A stretch of 64,000 bases of DNA from Prorocentrum cordatum. Lineage: Eukaryota. The stretch spans positions 1-64,000 of the forward strand of contig CAUYUJ010000227.1 of NCBI GenBank assembly GCA_963575745.1. Direction: 5' to 3'. This document shows, piece after piece, positions 1 to 12,329 of the stretch; within the stretch, counting starts at the first letter, position 1; each line of letters begins with the position of its first letter. Both the position numbers and the translations under genes were made by a program. The notes below the pieces were generated by a model that had not been told where the DNA came from, did not search any database, and saw only the letters and a list, made by a program, of their open reading frames with translations.

Positions 1-1139
1 TCTCCTCCTCCTCCTCCTCCTCCTCCTCCCCCTTCTCCTCCTGCTCCTTTTCCTCCTCCTCCTCCTCCTCCTCCTCCTCGACGGGCCCTGTGGCTCTGTG
101 CGGAGCAGGGCCTCTGGTGCCCAGGCCAGGCGGGCCAGGCGGGCCGCGCCGGCGCGGCGGCGGTCCCGGGCGGGCAGCCCGCTCTCTCCCCTGCATCCCT
201 CCCTCCCTGCCTCCTGCCACGCTTGCTTTGGTCGAGAGAGACCCAGACCCCCTCGCGTTGCGAAAAAATACACGACGGGAGGTTTATCGCTATTTTCTGC
301 CTCTGGGGGCCCTCACTGGGCCCCGGGACCATCAAAAAAACGACTGGGGATGAAAAACCGGTCCCGGGGAATGGGTCGGGACCTCTGGGGGTCGTGCAAT
401 TGAATGAAAAAAATTAAAAGAAAAATCGGGGGTCTGGGGAGAGAGCGAGAGAGGAAGTAACATCGGGGAACAGACAATGACAAAAGCAGGAAGCTCGAAG
501 GCCCGCGCGGATTTCTTGGACGGGCGCTTGGTCCCCCCTGGCTGCGCCTCACTCCGCGCGCCAGGGAAGGGGGGTACAGCGCCGATCCGAGGAACCCGCG
601 CGGATCTCCGAGTCTTTCTGTCTATGCCACTGCTTGTTCCTTTTTGTTTTCCTATGGAAGTGACACCCCAGCGGAGGGACTGCCCCAAGCAGACTTGAGC
701 GGGCAGATGCGTAAGAAGGGAGGAGAAGAGAACGAGGGGGAATGCGCGGAAATTCGTTGTTACCCACTCTGTGGAGAGAGAAAGAGAGATGTTTATATAT
801 ATATATATGTGTAAATATATAAAGAAGGGAGAAAGAAAAACAGTGTGAGAGAGAGGGAAACAACAACAAAAAGAAAGTGAGAGAGGGTGACAGTGAACCC
901 CTAGCTTAAAGACTGCTTAAAGCAGATTTGAGTTGGCAGAGACGGAACAAAATGGAAGGAGCAAGGAACCAGGGGGAGGGGAGAGAAGAGATGGAATAGC
1001 AAGAGATGGTAGGCGGTGGTTCAAGTTTGTTTGGCTCACGCCATGTTGGTTCGAGCCGCAGTGCCGTGTCTTTTCGGATGCTGGGCATCGGTCAGTGGTC
1101 TCGGGAAGGCGTTATTCTCTTGCATAGGGTGTCTAGAGC

Positions 1140-2300
1140 TCCGACCACTTTACTTCGACACCGCACCGCCCCCCCATCCCGCGCGCCATCTCCGTATCAC
1201 CCCGCCCACCCCCCGCCCAAGAGCCAGCGCGCCCCCTCCGCCCTGACCTGTTTATTTCGGCACGGCACCGCCCCCCCCCATCCCGCACGCCCACTCCGCA
1301 TCACCCCACCCACCAACCAGCGCGCCCCCTCTGCCCCGACCTTTCGGCACGACACGGCCCCCCATCCCGAGCGCCCCCAATGCATCGCCCCACCCGCCAG
1401 CCAGCGCGCCCCCTCCGCCCCGACCCCTTTATTTCGGCACGGCACCGCATCCCCCATCCCGAGCGCCACCCCCATCACCCCATCCACCAGCCAGCGCGCC
1501 CCCTCCACCCCTACCCCTTTATTTCGACACGGTACAGCCCCCCTCCCATCCCGCGCGCCCTTTCCGCATCACCCCACCCACCAGCCAGCGCGCCCCCTCC
1601 GACCCAACTCGTTTTATTTCGGCACGGCACCGCCCCCCCCATCCCGCGCGCTTTCTCCGCATCACCCCGCCCACCAGCCAGCGCGCCCCCTCCACCCCGA
1701 CCCCTTTATTTCAGCACGGCACCGCCACCCCACCCCCCCCCCCGCACGCCCCTCCGCATCACCCCACCCACCACCAGCGCGCCCCCTCCGCCCCGACCTT
1801 TCGGCAGCACCGCTCCGCCCATCCCGACGCCCCCTCTGCTCGCCCCACCAGCCAGCGCGCCCCCTCTGCCCCGATCCTTTTATTTCGGCACGGCACGCCC
1901 CCCCCATCCCGAGCGCCACCTCCATCACCCCATCCACAGCCAGCGCGCCCCTCGCCCCGACCCCTTTATTTCGGCACGGCACCGCCCCCCTCCCATCCCG
2001 CGCGCCCCCTCTGCATCGCCCCATCCACCAGCCAGCGCGCCCCCTCCACCCCGACCCCTTTGTTTCACCAGCCCCCCACATCCCGCGCGCCCCCTGCGCA
2101 CACCCACCAGCCAGCGCGCCCCCTCCGCCCCGACCCCTTTATTTCGGCACGGCACCGCCCTCCCCATCCCGCGCACCCCCTTCCATCACCCAATCCACCA
2201 GCCAGCGTGCCCACTCCGCCCGGACCACTTTATTTCGGCACAGCGCCGCCCCCCTCCCATCCCGCGCGCCTCCTCCGCATCCCCCCACCCACCAGCCAGA
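1140..2300 (+). repeat. C-rich minisatellite, ~90-bp degenerate unit
   Basis: Recurrent TTTATTTCGGCACGGCACCGCCCC...CCAGCCAGCGCGCCCCCTCC. Confidence 0.9.
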
Positions 2301-2789
2301 GCGCCGCTCTTGGGCGCTACGGTGCCGGCGAGCGAAACGGCTCGGGCCGCAAGTTTGGTTTACGGGGGAAGCTTTTTACGTATTCGAGAGGCGCATACAA
2401 GTCCGCCAACCCCCAAGGATATGCCCGACAGACTCTGCACGCATAACGACTGCCCTGGACAAGCGTTCTCTGTGCAAGGCCGTAACATGTGGCACTTTGC
2501 ACTGCGAGCATCCAGCAGCTGGATCTGCTCCAGAGTTTCTTGGGGCCCTCCTTGGACCTTGGAGGCTTCTGGGAAGCTTTTTCAATGCCTTTTGCTGTCA
2601 ACGGGAGCCTTTTGAGACCATTTGTGGGCTTCTTGGATGTTTGTTGGAGGTCTCTTGGAAGCATGTTGCAGGTCTTTGAGGCCATCTTGTGGGGGACGGC
2701 CCTTAGCGCCTCCTCAAGCTCGCCCTCTGAAGCCCTTCTTGCAGCACTCTCTAAGCCCTCATCCTCTGATTTCTCGTCCCCTCTCCCCC

Positions 2790-2910
2790 CCCCTCCTCCA
2801 CATCCTCCTCCTCCTCCTCCTCCTCCTCCTCCTCCTCCTCCTCCTGCTCCTCCTCCTCCTCCTCCTCCTCCTCCTCCTCCTCCTCCTCCTCCTCCTCCTC
2901 CTCCCCCTTC
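2790..2910 (+). repeat. (CCT)n microsatellite
   Basis: Direct reading; a similar tract is at 1-80. Confidence 0.95.
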
Positions 2911-2929
2911 CTTTCTGTGCACGAGCCAT

Positions 2930-3310
2930 GGCACGCGTGCCACTCGTTTCCTTCGAGGCGTCGATCAAACACCGCGGTCAGACAAAACATGGGAGCGCAG
3001 CACTGCGGTTGCTCCGCGAGAAGGAATTCGAGCAGGTGCCCAGTTCGCCCCAAGCCAGTACGTTGCGACTGTCAGCGCATGCAGAAAAGACGGGCAATGG
3101 CAACGCGCGTCGTCAGTGCTCGGGAGGAGGCGAGGGAGGAGGAGGAGGAGGAGGAGGAGGAGGAGGAGGAGGAGGAGCCCCCAGACGAAGGAGGAGGAGG
3201 AGGAGGAGGAGGAGGAGCCCCCAGACGAAGGAGGAGGAGGAGAAGCGAAGCTGGAACCCGACGTCGTCTGTATCACAACGCCGGGGGTCGCGCGTGCCAG
3301 ATGGGGCGGG
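2930..3310 (+). pseudogene. Degenerate PPR-repeat fragment split by (GAG)n tracts
   Basis: QYVATVSACRKDGQWQRASSVL and EAKLEPDVV resemble dinoflagellate PPR repeats (Y.A.ISAC.K..QWQ.A..LL...EAKLEP); another EAKLEPN at ~4117-4145. Confidence 0.65.
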
Positions 3311-3461
3311 GGATCCAGAGGCCCCAAACCGGCCCCAGCTGGCCCCGGGGGGCTCCAGGACGACTTCCGCTTGGCATCGCTCGGACGTGTGCATTTGTCT
3401 TTCGGCGAGGACCATCGAGGAGCATCCTTGATCATTTGTCGAAAAAACAAGATGTATCTCT

Positions 3462-3770
3462 ATATAATATTATAATTATAATTATATTAATAATAATAAT
3501 AATGCTAATAATAATAAGAATAAGAATAAGAATAATAATAAGAATAAGAATAATAATAATAACAATAATAATCATAATAAGAATAGTAATAGTGATAGTA
3601 ATAATAACAATAATAATAATAGATTTATAATCATCATAATAATCATACTAATAATAATGATGATGATAATGATAATAGTAGTAATAATAATAATAATAAT
3701 AATACTAAGAATAATAATAATAAGGATGATGAGGATGATGCTGATAATACTAATATGTAAAACTCATAAT
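3462..3770 (+). repeat. (ATA)n degenerate microsatellite
   Basis: Direct reading. Confidence 0.95.
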
Positions 3771-4738
3771 AACAAAAAAACAAACAAAACAAAAAAAGAA
3801 AAACACAAAACAACAAAAAATAAAATAAAAACGCGCGACCCCCCCCCCCCCAAAAAAAAAGGGAATGGCCGTCCGAGCGATGGCCAGTCTGAGAGCCCCT
3901 AGGCGGTCAGAGATGGCCCAGGACGCCCCCAGACGGTCTAAGAGGTCGGCAGTACGACTTTCAGACTGCCCCACAGTGCCAAAATACGGCCCAGGAGGGC
4001 CCCAAGAGGCCTCCAAGATGGGCCCCGAGAGGCCAAAGTCATTGATTTCCCTGGGGTTGCTGAAGGGTTTCAGCGTTCTTGCCTTTTCGGAGCCTCCACG
4101 CTCCAAGCCAGCCCCAGGAAGCGAAGCTAGAGCCCAACGCCATCCACATTACAGTCAACCCGCATAGCAAGGATGGACAATTCTCCCAAGGGCACCCTTG
4201 CATCCTTGCCTCCTCGGTCCCTCCTTGGCCACTTTCGTTTGCCGCGCCCCGCCCTAAAAGCTTCGAAAGGGGCGCCCTAGGCCCTTGCGTCATTGTCGTG
4301 CGTCCTTATTCGGAAACTGGAGCACATACATAACCAGTGGCGGGCGGTATTTCAATCCCAGGACTTTTTTGAGGCACGGGGACGACGTCGGGGTGGTGTG
4401 GTGTATACTTTTTGTCCCTGGCCCCCTGGGAAGCAACGAAGGGCGTATACACCAGGACCCCACATACACCAGGATCCGCTCTCTCGTGAGAGGTTCAGCG
4501 CAGGGCCGGAAAGAGCGTGGGTGTATAGAGTTCGGCTCCTTACTTATGCTACGGGCCGACTGCACAGTTCGGGGAAGACCGCGTGCCGGAGGGGTCCACC
4601 AGCTGCGCCCGCGCGCCGGGCCCGCGGCGGCGGCGCCTCCGCGGGGGGCTCCGACGTCCTGACCCGCGAGGGGAGGCCCCGCGCGAACGGCCCGACGAGG
4701 CCCCCCAGAGCGCCCCCCCCTGAGATCCGACGTCTCTG

Positions 4739-4964
4739 GGCCTCCTAGATGGGGTCGGAGTAGGTGGGGTCGGAGGATCGCGCCGCATCGCCGATGCATC
4801 CTCGATGCGGCTCGATGTGGAGCCCGACTTGCTCCCCGTCGACGTCGCCGATGCACCGCCGACGTCGACGGTGCATCGCAGGGGAATCGCCGATACATCG
4901 CTGATGAATCGGCGATGCGGCGCGATCCTCCGACCCCATCTACTCCGACCCCATCTAGGAGGCC
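4739..4964. mobile_element. MITE-like fold-back element with ~62-bp terminal inverted repeats
   Basis: GGCCTCCTAGATGGGGTCGGAGTAG...CATCGCCGAT arm and its reverse complement, with 2 mismatches seen. Confidence 0.8.
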
Positions 4965-5263
4965 TCTAACGTTGCAATAAAGTTGCAACATCGCGAAAAT
5001 CGCGCCCGGAGGCCCAGACCTCATCTTTCTGCGTCATTTTTCGAGCCCGACCGATCTGTGAGGGTCCCGGGCCCGAAATCGAGCGAAGACGCTTGGTGCA
5101 AAATTACCTTGGCGACGTACCCAACCCTTGCGCAATGCGGGGCATAAGTACATCAGGATTGCTACAACGGGGGCGATGATGCAACATGGACGCATGTGAT
5201 TTTGCGAGCAGCAATCCGAAGGCTCGCGGGCCCCAGATCAAGATCTAAGGGCTACGTAATAAC

Positions 5264-5745
5264 AAATCACCCCCGTTGGCTGTGCCATGCGCCCGTTGCA
5301 CCCAACGTATCCCACAGCAGCTCTTGAGAGCCCCCGCGGGACACGTGTAGGCGCAACGTTATGGTCATCGCCCGGCAGATGGTCTGTTTCACAAATCACC
5401 CCCGTTGGCTGTGCCATGCGCCCGTTGCGCGTAACGTATCCCGCAGCAGCTCTCCAGAGCCCCCCCAGGGACGGCGAGGTCCCGCTCAGATCCCCGCGGT
5501 ACCTCACTCCGCACGACCCACCAGCAGCCCTCGAAAATGACGACAGTGTCGCAGATCGCAGCCCCCCAGGGACGGCGAGGTCCCCGCTCAGATCCCCGCG
5601 GTGCCTCACTCCGCAGGACCCAACAGCAGCCCTCGAAAGTAGCGACAGTGTCGCAGACCGCAGCCCCCGAGGGACGGCGAGGTCCCGCTCAGATCCCCGC
5701 GGTGCCTCACTCCGCAGGACCCACCAGCAGCCCTCGAAAGTGGCG
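5264..5745 (+). repeat. Local tandem duplications (~127-bp pair, then ~110-bp unit x3)
   Basis: ACAAATCACCCCCGTTGGCTGTGCCATGCG occurs twice; GGGACGGCGAGGTCCCGCTCAGATCCCCGCGGT occurs three times. Confidence 0.8.
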
Positions 5746-7229
5746 ACAAAAAATGCAGCGCCAGCCCCCCAGGGCCCTGCAGCGCAGAAGGGCTTCCAGA
5801 ATCTCCCAGACGGCCCGAGGAGGCCCTCACCAGGTTCCAGAAAGGCTCCCCAGAGATCCGCGGGTACAACGTTTTCAATCCTGCAGTTTTTCCTGGATTT
5901 CGGCCTCCGGCTCCCGTTATCGGGCCAGGGGACCATCAAAAATGGACCAAGGTCGAAAAAAACACCCCCGTGGAAGAGGTCGTGACCTCTGAGGCCGCGG
6001 ATTGAAAAAATCATATCGGCGGACGTTTGGGTCCCATCTGGTCTCCGAGATGGGCACGAGGACGAAAAATACTCTCGAGGATTACCCGTACTCTCTCCTA
6101 CGATCAATTCCCAGGCCAGAGCACGCCCAGCCCGCCAGAAGCCTCCCCAATGGTCCGGGGGGCACCCAGGGATCTCCCAAGAAAGCCCACGACGGCCCCG
6201 GAGACCCTCAAGTTGGCTGCAGGGACTCCCGAGATGGCCAAACGACTGCCCAATACGGCCCCAAGGGAGGCCCAACAGGGCCAACTCTGGAGCGTTCCCC
6301 CCCCCTTCCCGCTGCCCCCCCACCCATGGCCAGCAACCCCCCAAAGAAACCCCCCAGAGGCTGCCAGACGGCCGCTGGGACTCTCCCGCAGCTCCCTCGA
6401 AACTGCTCGGACATTTTCCGAAGCACCACACTCTATTGGAAACAACAGCAGCACCCCCGACGCCTTCTGGGACACCTCGCGCGGGAGGAGTCGCAGAGAG
6501 CAGTTATCCGATCCAGCGGCGTACATCCAGGAGCACTGTTTCTGCGACCCCCTCCGCCCCGAGCGTGTCCCACGGTGTGGTGTGTCTTTTCGTTCCTGCC
6601 ATATTGTGTTTCCTCCTTCTCGTCGCTCTCCTGCGCCACAGGAGCTCCTGCTGTTGCCGGTGGAGCTTCTGCCGCTGCTATTGGGGGCACGTCTGAAAAA
6701 GCGAGAAGTGGCAGTGGGAGCTGCGGGTGGCGGGTGAAGCACAGCAGAACACGTCCCGACAGGCGTCCAGCGACCGCCCTGCATGTCCTGCCTGCGGAGG
6801 GCTGCTGGGCTCGCTGAGTCGCTGACAGTTTGGCGGGGGACCCACCCCAGACTCCGCAGACGGGCAGCTCCGACACCACAGCCCGTGTGGCATGCAGGTC
6901 GCCCGCGCCAGTTCCCAAAGCATGTACGGAATCTCGGACGCTTTCCCGCGCGTGCCGGGGAAAGCCTGCGGCGGCTGCAAAGGCTGGCGAAATGCGCTCG
7001 AAAGAGGAAGAAAAGGACGGACAGGGCGGAGGAGAGGAGGGAGGGGATGGGGAATGGAGCGTGGAGCCGGGTATAAGTTCCCAACGCTAGCGTCGCAGGC
7101 TCTCTCGCGCACTCCCAACCCGCCCTCCCGCCACATCACTTGAGAGTCAACACAGGCAGAGGTCATTATCTGATGGACCGCGTTGTGGAATCAATGCAAG
7201 CCCCAGTAGGTAGGCTCAGGGGGGGGCAT

Positions 7230-7264
7230 CCTCGTCGTCGCCGTCGTCGTCATCGAGGTCGTCC

Positions 7265-7298
<34 letters not shown>

Positions 7299-7445
7299 GA
7301 TGGGCGTCGTCGGCACGGTCGTCGTCGGAATCGTCGCTATCGTCGTCGCCGAGATCGTCGAGATCCTCGTCATCGACATCGTCGCCGTCGTCGAGATCGT
7401 CGTCGTCGTCGAGGTCGTCGACGAGGACGTCGCCGAGGACGTCGG
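7230..7445 (+). repeat. (GTC)n degenerate microsatellite
   Basis: Direct reading; a similar tract is at 11838-11975. Confidence 0.9.
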
Positions 7446-8169
7446 GAGCGCGCGCGCCGGGAGGACGAGAGAGTCGGCGCCCTGGCGAGGCTATTCGAGG
7501 TGCAGCGGCGGGCTCGGGAGGGGCGGTCCGCGAGGCAGTGCGCGCAGCAGTAGCCGCCACGCCCTGCGGCGGAGCCTCCTTCGGCCTCTTCGGCGGCGAG
7601 CCCGGGGGGGAAGGCAGTTCGTGTTCGAGGTCTGAGGTTCGATGTCAGAGTGAGGTGGCCGAACGGTCATTCACTGTCCCTGGGTGTGTGGCTGAAATGG
7701 GATTCCGCGATGCGGATTCTTGAATTATGTACGAGTGCAGAATAATGGTTGTTGATCCCCCCCCTCCAGTGACTTTCGCTCTTTTCAATTGAAGTGTTTT
7801 CCCTGGGGCTCGCACCCTGCTTTTTAACAGGGACAGTCACTAGGCTCAAACTGGGCTGTTGGCCCACGGAATACAATAACAACGGCTCCCGCCGGAGACT
7901 TCCTCACAATTTAGCCATGACCCACGCTCCCGCCTGAGATTTCCTCGCATGTTACTCAGGAGTCGCGCTCTCGCTTGGGAATTCCTCACAATCTATTTAA
8001 GAGTAATTTTTCGGCGCTCTGGAGTCGCGCTCTCGCTGGGGACGCGCGTGCAATTTACTCAAGAATCGCGCTTTTGCGTTGGGATTCCCCGCGATGTACT
8101 CAAGCGCCGCGTTCCCGACACTCAGGCACCCAGGACTCGCGCTCACGTTTCGGATTCCCTCACAGCTTA

Positions 8170-9080
8170 TCGCTGCCCTTCGTGGCCCCGTTGCAGCCCT
8201 TCGTGGCCCCGTCGCTGCCCGTCGTGGCCCCCTTGCAGCCTTTCATGGCCCCCTCGCTGCCCTTCGTGGCCCCGTTGCAGCCCTTCGTGGCCACCTCGCT
8301 GCCATCCGCGGCCCCGTTGCAGCCCTTCGTGGCCCCCTGGCCTTCGTGGCCCCGACGCACCCCTTATATGCATGCGTTTCGTGGCCCCGTTGTCGCCCTT
8401 CGTGGCCCCCTCGGTGTCATTCTTGGCCCCGTTGCTGCCTTCAGTGGCCCCGTCCTTGCCCTCTGTGGCGCAATATACGTATGCCCTTCGTGGCCCCCGT
8501 TCGTTCACGCCCGTCGTGGCCCCATACAGTATGCATGTGTTTCGTGGCCCCGCTGTCGTCCTTTGTGGCCCCCTCGTTGTCCTACGTGGCCACGTTGCTA
8601 CCCTCACTGGCCCCGTCGTTGCCCTCTGTGGCCCCGCATTATATGCCCTTTGTGGCCCCCGTTCGTTCACGCCCGTCGTGGCCCCATACAGTATGCATGT
8701 GTTTCGTGGCCCCGCTGTCGTCCTTTGTGGCCCCCTCGTTGTCCTACGTGGCCACGTTGCTACCCTCACTGGCCCCGTCGTTGCCCTCTGTGGCCCCGCA
8801 TTATATGCCCTTTGTGGCCCCCGTTCGTTCACGCCCGTCGTGGCCCCATACAGTATGCATGTGTTTCGTGGCCCCGCTGTCGTCCTTTGTGGCCCCCTCG
8901 TTGTCCTACGTGGCCACGTTGCTACCCTCACTGGCCCCGTCGTTGCCCTCTGTGGCCCCGCATTATATGCCCTTTGTGGCCCCCGCTCGTTCGCGCCCTT
9001 CGTGGCCCCATACGCATGCCCTTCGTGGTCCCGCTGTAGCCCTTCGTGGCCCCCTTCCTGCCCTTCGTGGCCCCGCTGTC
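8170..9080 (+). repeat. GTGGCCCC-based ~20-bp minisatellite with a near-perfect 162-bp higher-order triplication
   Basis: CAGTATGCATGTG at 8527, 8689 and 8851. Confidence 0.9.
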
Positions 9081-9379
9081 GCTCTCGCTTTCGCTCGTCA
9101 TCGTCGTCGCCGTCGTTGTCATCGTCGTCGTCCTCGTCGTCGTCGTGGTCGGTCCCCTGTCCGTCCCTCTTGGGGTCGGGCTGCCGCCGGTCAGCGCTGC
9201 CGCTGGCCAGGCCGACGGCCCGCGGCCGCCCCGCCGCTTGCCAGGGCCCGGCCTGCAGGAACAAAAATATATTATCCCCAAAAGGAGTTCGATCGAAGAT
9301 GAATAGGGCGGGCATCGAGGGTTTGAGAAATACACGTTGCATGACATTCGAACAGACAAGAGCGAACAGCCTCATAATG

Positions 9380-9798
9380 ATTGTTGTTGTTGGTGGTGGT
9401 GGTTTTGTTGTTGTTTGTTTGTTTGTTTGTTTGTCTGTCTGTCTGTCTGTTTGTTTGTTTGTTTGTTTGTTTGTTTGTTTGTGTGTTTGTTTGTTTGTTT
9501 GTGTGTGTTTGTGTGTTTGTGTGTGTGTTTGTTTGTGTGTTTGTTTGTTTGTTTGTTTGTTGTGTGTTCGTTTGTTTGGTTGTGTGTTCGTTCGTTTGTT
9601 AGTGTTGTTGTTGGTGTTGTTGTTGTTGGTGGTGTTGGTGTTGTTGCTGGTGATTGTGCTGGTGATGTTGTTGACGTTGTTGTTGTTGTTGGTGGTGTTG
9701 GTGTTGTTGGTGTTGTTGTTGTTGTTTGTTGTTGTTGTTGGTGTTGTTGTTGTTGGTGGTGTTGTTGTTGTTGATGTTGATGTTGTTGATGTTGTTGA

Positions 9799-9836
<38 letters not shown>
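9380..9836 (+). repeat. (TTTG)n/(TG)n/(TTG)n compound microsatellite
   Basis: Direct reading. Confidence 0.95.
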
Positions 9837-10719
9837 GACGTCGTCAACCCGCGACCCGGCCCGCGACTCACCTGAGACCCACCCCGCGACCCGCCCGCGA
9901 CCCACCCACGTCGCGACCCACCCACGTCGCGACCCATTCGCGACCCACCCTCGACCAACCGCGACCCACCCGCCACCCGGCCCGCGACCCACCCGCGATC
10001 CACCCGCGACCCACCTGCGACCCACCCACATTGCTTTAGCGAAGGATCGGCGCCTGCGGCGGGCTCGCAGCATAATTTGGAAACATGAAGCGCCAGCGGC
10101 GGGCTTCTTCAGAGCCTCGCAGACTGCAGACGTCCCCGCCGCCCCCCTCACTCCTGTCCGCGACTGCGGGGTGCTACGTGTTCACCTGTGTTCGTCGGTC
10201 CTCGGCGGCTCGGCAGCCTCGGGCTGCTTTCCCCGGCAGCTGCGCCCCGCCGAGGGGCTTTCTCCGGGGGTGCCCGGATATCGCCCCGAGCGGACTCTGT
10301 GGAGGCCCGAGTGGTACGACCCAAGCGCCACCAGCAGAGGGGGCGGGCCTCCCCAGAAGGCTCGGAAGCCCCCCCGCCTTCTGAGAAGTTTTCTAAGCCT
10401 TCCCTGAGATCCTGGCGTTGCCATTTTTTCACAACGGGCGTCTTCGTTCAATGTCGGGCCCCGGGACCCTCACGGATCGATCCGGCTCGAAGAATGACGC
10501 AGAAAGATGGGGTCCGGGGCTCTGGGCGTATGTAATGTTTTGCGATGTCGATTTTTGCTTCCAACGTCGGATCTCACGGAAGCCTTCCCTCAAGACATTG
10601 AAAATTGTTCAGAAGTCCGTAGGGTTTATGATAAGCCCCGCCGCCTTCTGAGAAGACCTTGTCCTTCTCATTTCCCCCCTCGCTCGCCGCCGGATGTAGC
10701 TTTTTCACGGGCGTGCCAG

Positions 10720-11085
10720 CAGGAGGAGGAGGAGGAGGAGGAGGAGAACGAGGAGAACGAGGAGGAGTAGGCGAGCAATGATTTGGCTTCCCTTCAGATG
10801 CCCATGAATGAATGAATGAATGAATGAATGAATGCATGAATGAATGAATGAATGAATGAATGAATGAGGAGGGAGAGGAGGAGGAGGAGGAGGAGGAGGA
10901 GGAGGTGGAGGAGGAGGAGGAGGAGGAGGCGGGGGAGGAGGAAGACGACGCGGAGGAGGAGGAGGAGGAGGAGGAGGAGGAGGAGGCGGACGAGGAGGAG
11001 GGGGGGAGAGGGGGAGGAAGTAGAGAGGAGGAGGAGGAGGAGGAGGAGGAGGAGGAGGAGGAGGAGGAGGAGGAGGAGGAGGAGC
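10720..11085 (+). repeat. (GAG)n tracts with (GAAT)n at 10805-10866
   Basis: Direct reading. Confidence 0.95.
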
Positions 11086-11099
11086 GAGCCTCACAAGGG

Positions 11100-11592
11100 G
11101 AGTTGCTGTCCCTCCCGCCGCGGGGGGCCTGGCCTCCAGCTGAGGAGCCAGACCTCCCGACCGCGAACACGAGGCAGTCCACGGCTTTCACGGCTCCGAC
11201 GACGAGCAGCAACTCCTCGACGAGCCACGCGACGGCAACGACCGGCGCCACGAGCACCAAGAGCTGCTCCACGGCCACTATGGCCACTATGTACAGGCCG
11301 AGCTCGCCCACGAGCTCGGGGCAGCCAAGCAGCGCAGCGGCGCGCCAGGAGGCGGCGGGCGGGCCAGCACCAGGAGGTAACGCCGGGGCCACCTGCGGGG
11401 ACGCCGGAGCGACCCGCCGCAGGAGGTCGGCCGGCCCAACGACGACGCGGCGCCGCCAACGCGCGCGGGCCGCAGGCCAGCGCCCAGCGGCGCAGCAGCA
11501 GCAGGTCCGCGCCCGCCCAGGCGGCCAGGGCGCCGCCAAGGCGCTCGCGGCAGCGCGGCGCGGCGTGCGCCGGCCTCACGGGACTCCGCCAT
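11100..11592 (-). pseudogene. SL-capped retrocopy or first exon of an unknown hydrophobic protein gene, apparently frameshifted
   Basis: GC3-rich coding-like sequence shifts among frames: MAESREAG..., LGGALAAWAGADLLLLRRWALACG..., ELVGELGLYIVAIVAVEQLLVLVAPVVAVAWLVEELLLVVG. Possible AG|GT donor near 11153. Confidence 0.5.
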
Positions 11593-11627
11593 GCGGCGCC
11601 GTGGAGCAGCCCACGGCGGCGGGCGGC

Positions 11628-11649
11628 CTTGGGCCAAAATGGCTACGGA
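11628..11649 (-). other. Genomic relic of the dinoflagellate spliced leader
   Basis: Minus strand reads TCCGTAGCCATTTTGGCCCAAG, 21/22 identical to DCCGTAGCCATTTTGGCTCAAG; an ATG follows 35 nt downstream at 11592. Confidence 0.9.
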
Positions 11650-12329
11650 GGAGGGGGAGGAGGGAGATCCTGGAGGCTTCACGCGGCGCCCCATAGGTGT
11701 ACTATAGCTAGTCCGCACGTCCGCCCCGCAAGATATGTCACGACGTTCGCGCGCCGATGCTCTGGAATCCGACGTGCATCCGACGTACGCCCGAGGCAGT
11801 CCAGCGGGAGCCCAACGTGGCTCCGACGCGGATCCGCCGTCGTCGTCGTCGTCGTCGAGGTCGTCGAGGTCGTCGTCGTCGAGGTCGTCGTCATCGTCGT
11901 CGTCGTCGACATGGTCGTCGTCGGAGTCGTCGCCATCGTCGTCGTCGGGATCGTCGAGATCGTCGTCATCGAGATGCAGTCCGAAGGGAGCCCGACGTGA
12001 CTCCGATGTGAATCGGGCGCGAGGCGGGCTTCACGCTGCCGCGCGGGGCCCCCAGATGTTTTCTTCAGGACTTCCAGTCCTTCCCCCACCCCTCCCACCT
12101 TTTCCTCCCACCTTTGCACCGAGGAGGAGGAAGAGGAGAAGGGTGGAGGTGGAGGTCGAGGATGAGGAGGAGGAGGAGGAGGAGGAGGAGGAGGAGGAGG
12201 AGGATGTGGACGAGGTGGGGGAGCAGGAAGAGGAGGTGAAGCATGTGGGAGGAGCAGGCGGAGGAGGAGTAGGACGAGGACAAGGACGAGGAGGAGGACG
12301 AGGACGAGCAGGAGGTGATGTTTCAGACC

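Noticed and set aside
1006..2679. 557-aa and 411-aa Pro-rich ORFs
   Set aside because: Stop-poor C-rich minisatellite open in several frames; no domain.
7949..9838. 629-aa ORF and overlapping ORFs
   Set aside because: Made of the GTGGCCCC minisatellite and TTG microsatellites, open in most frames.
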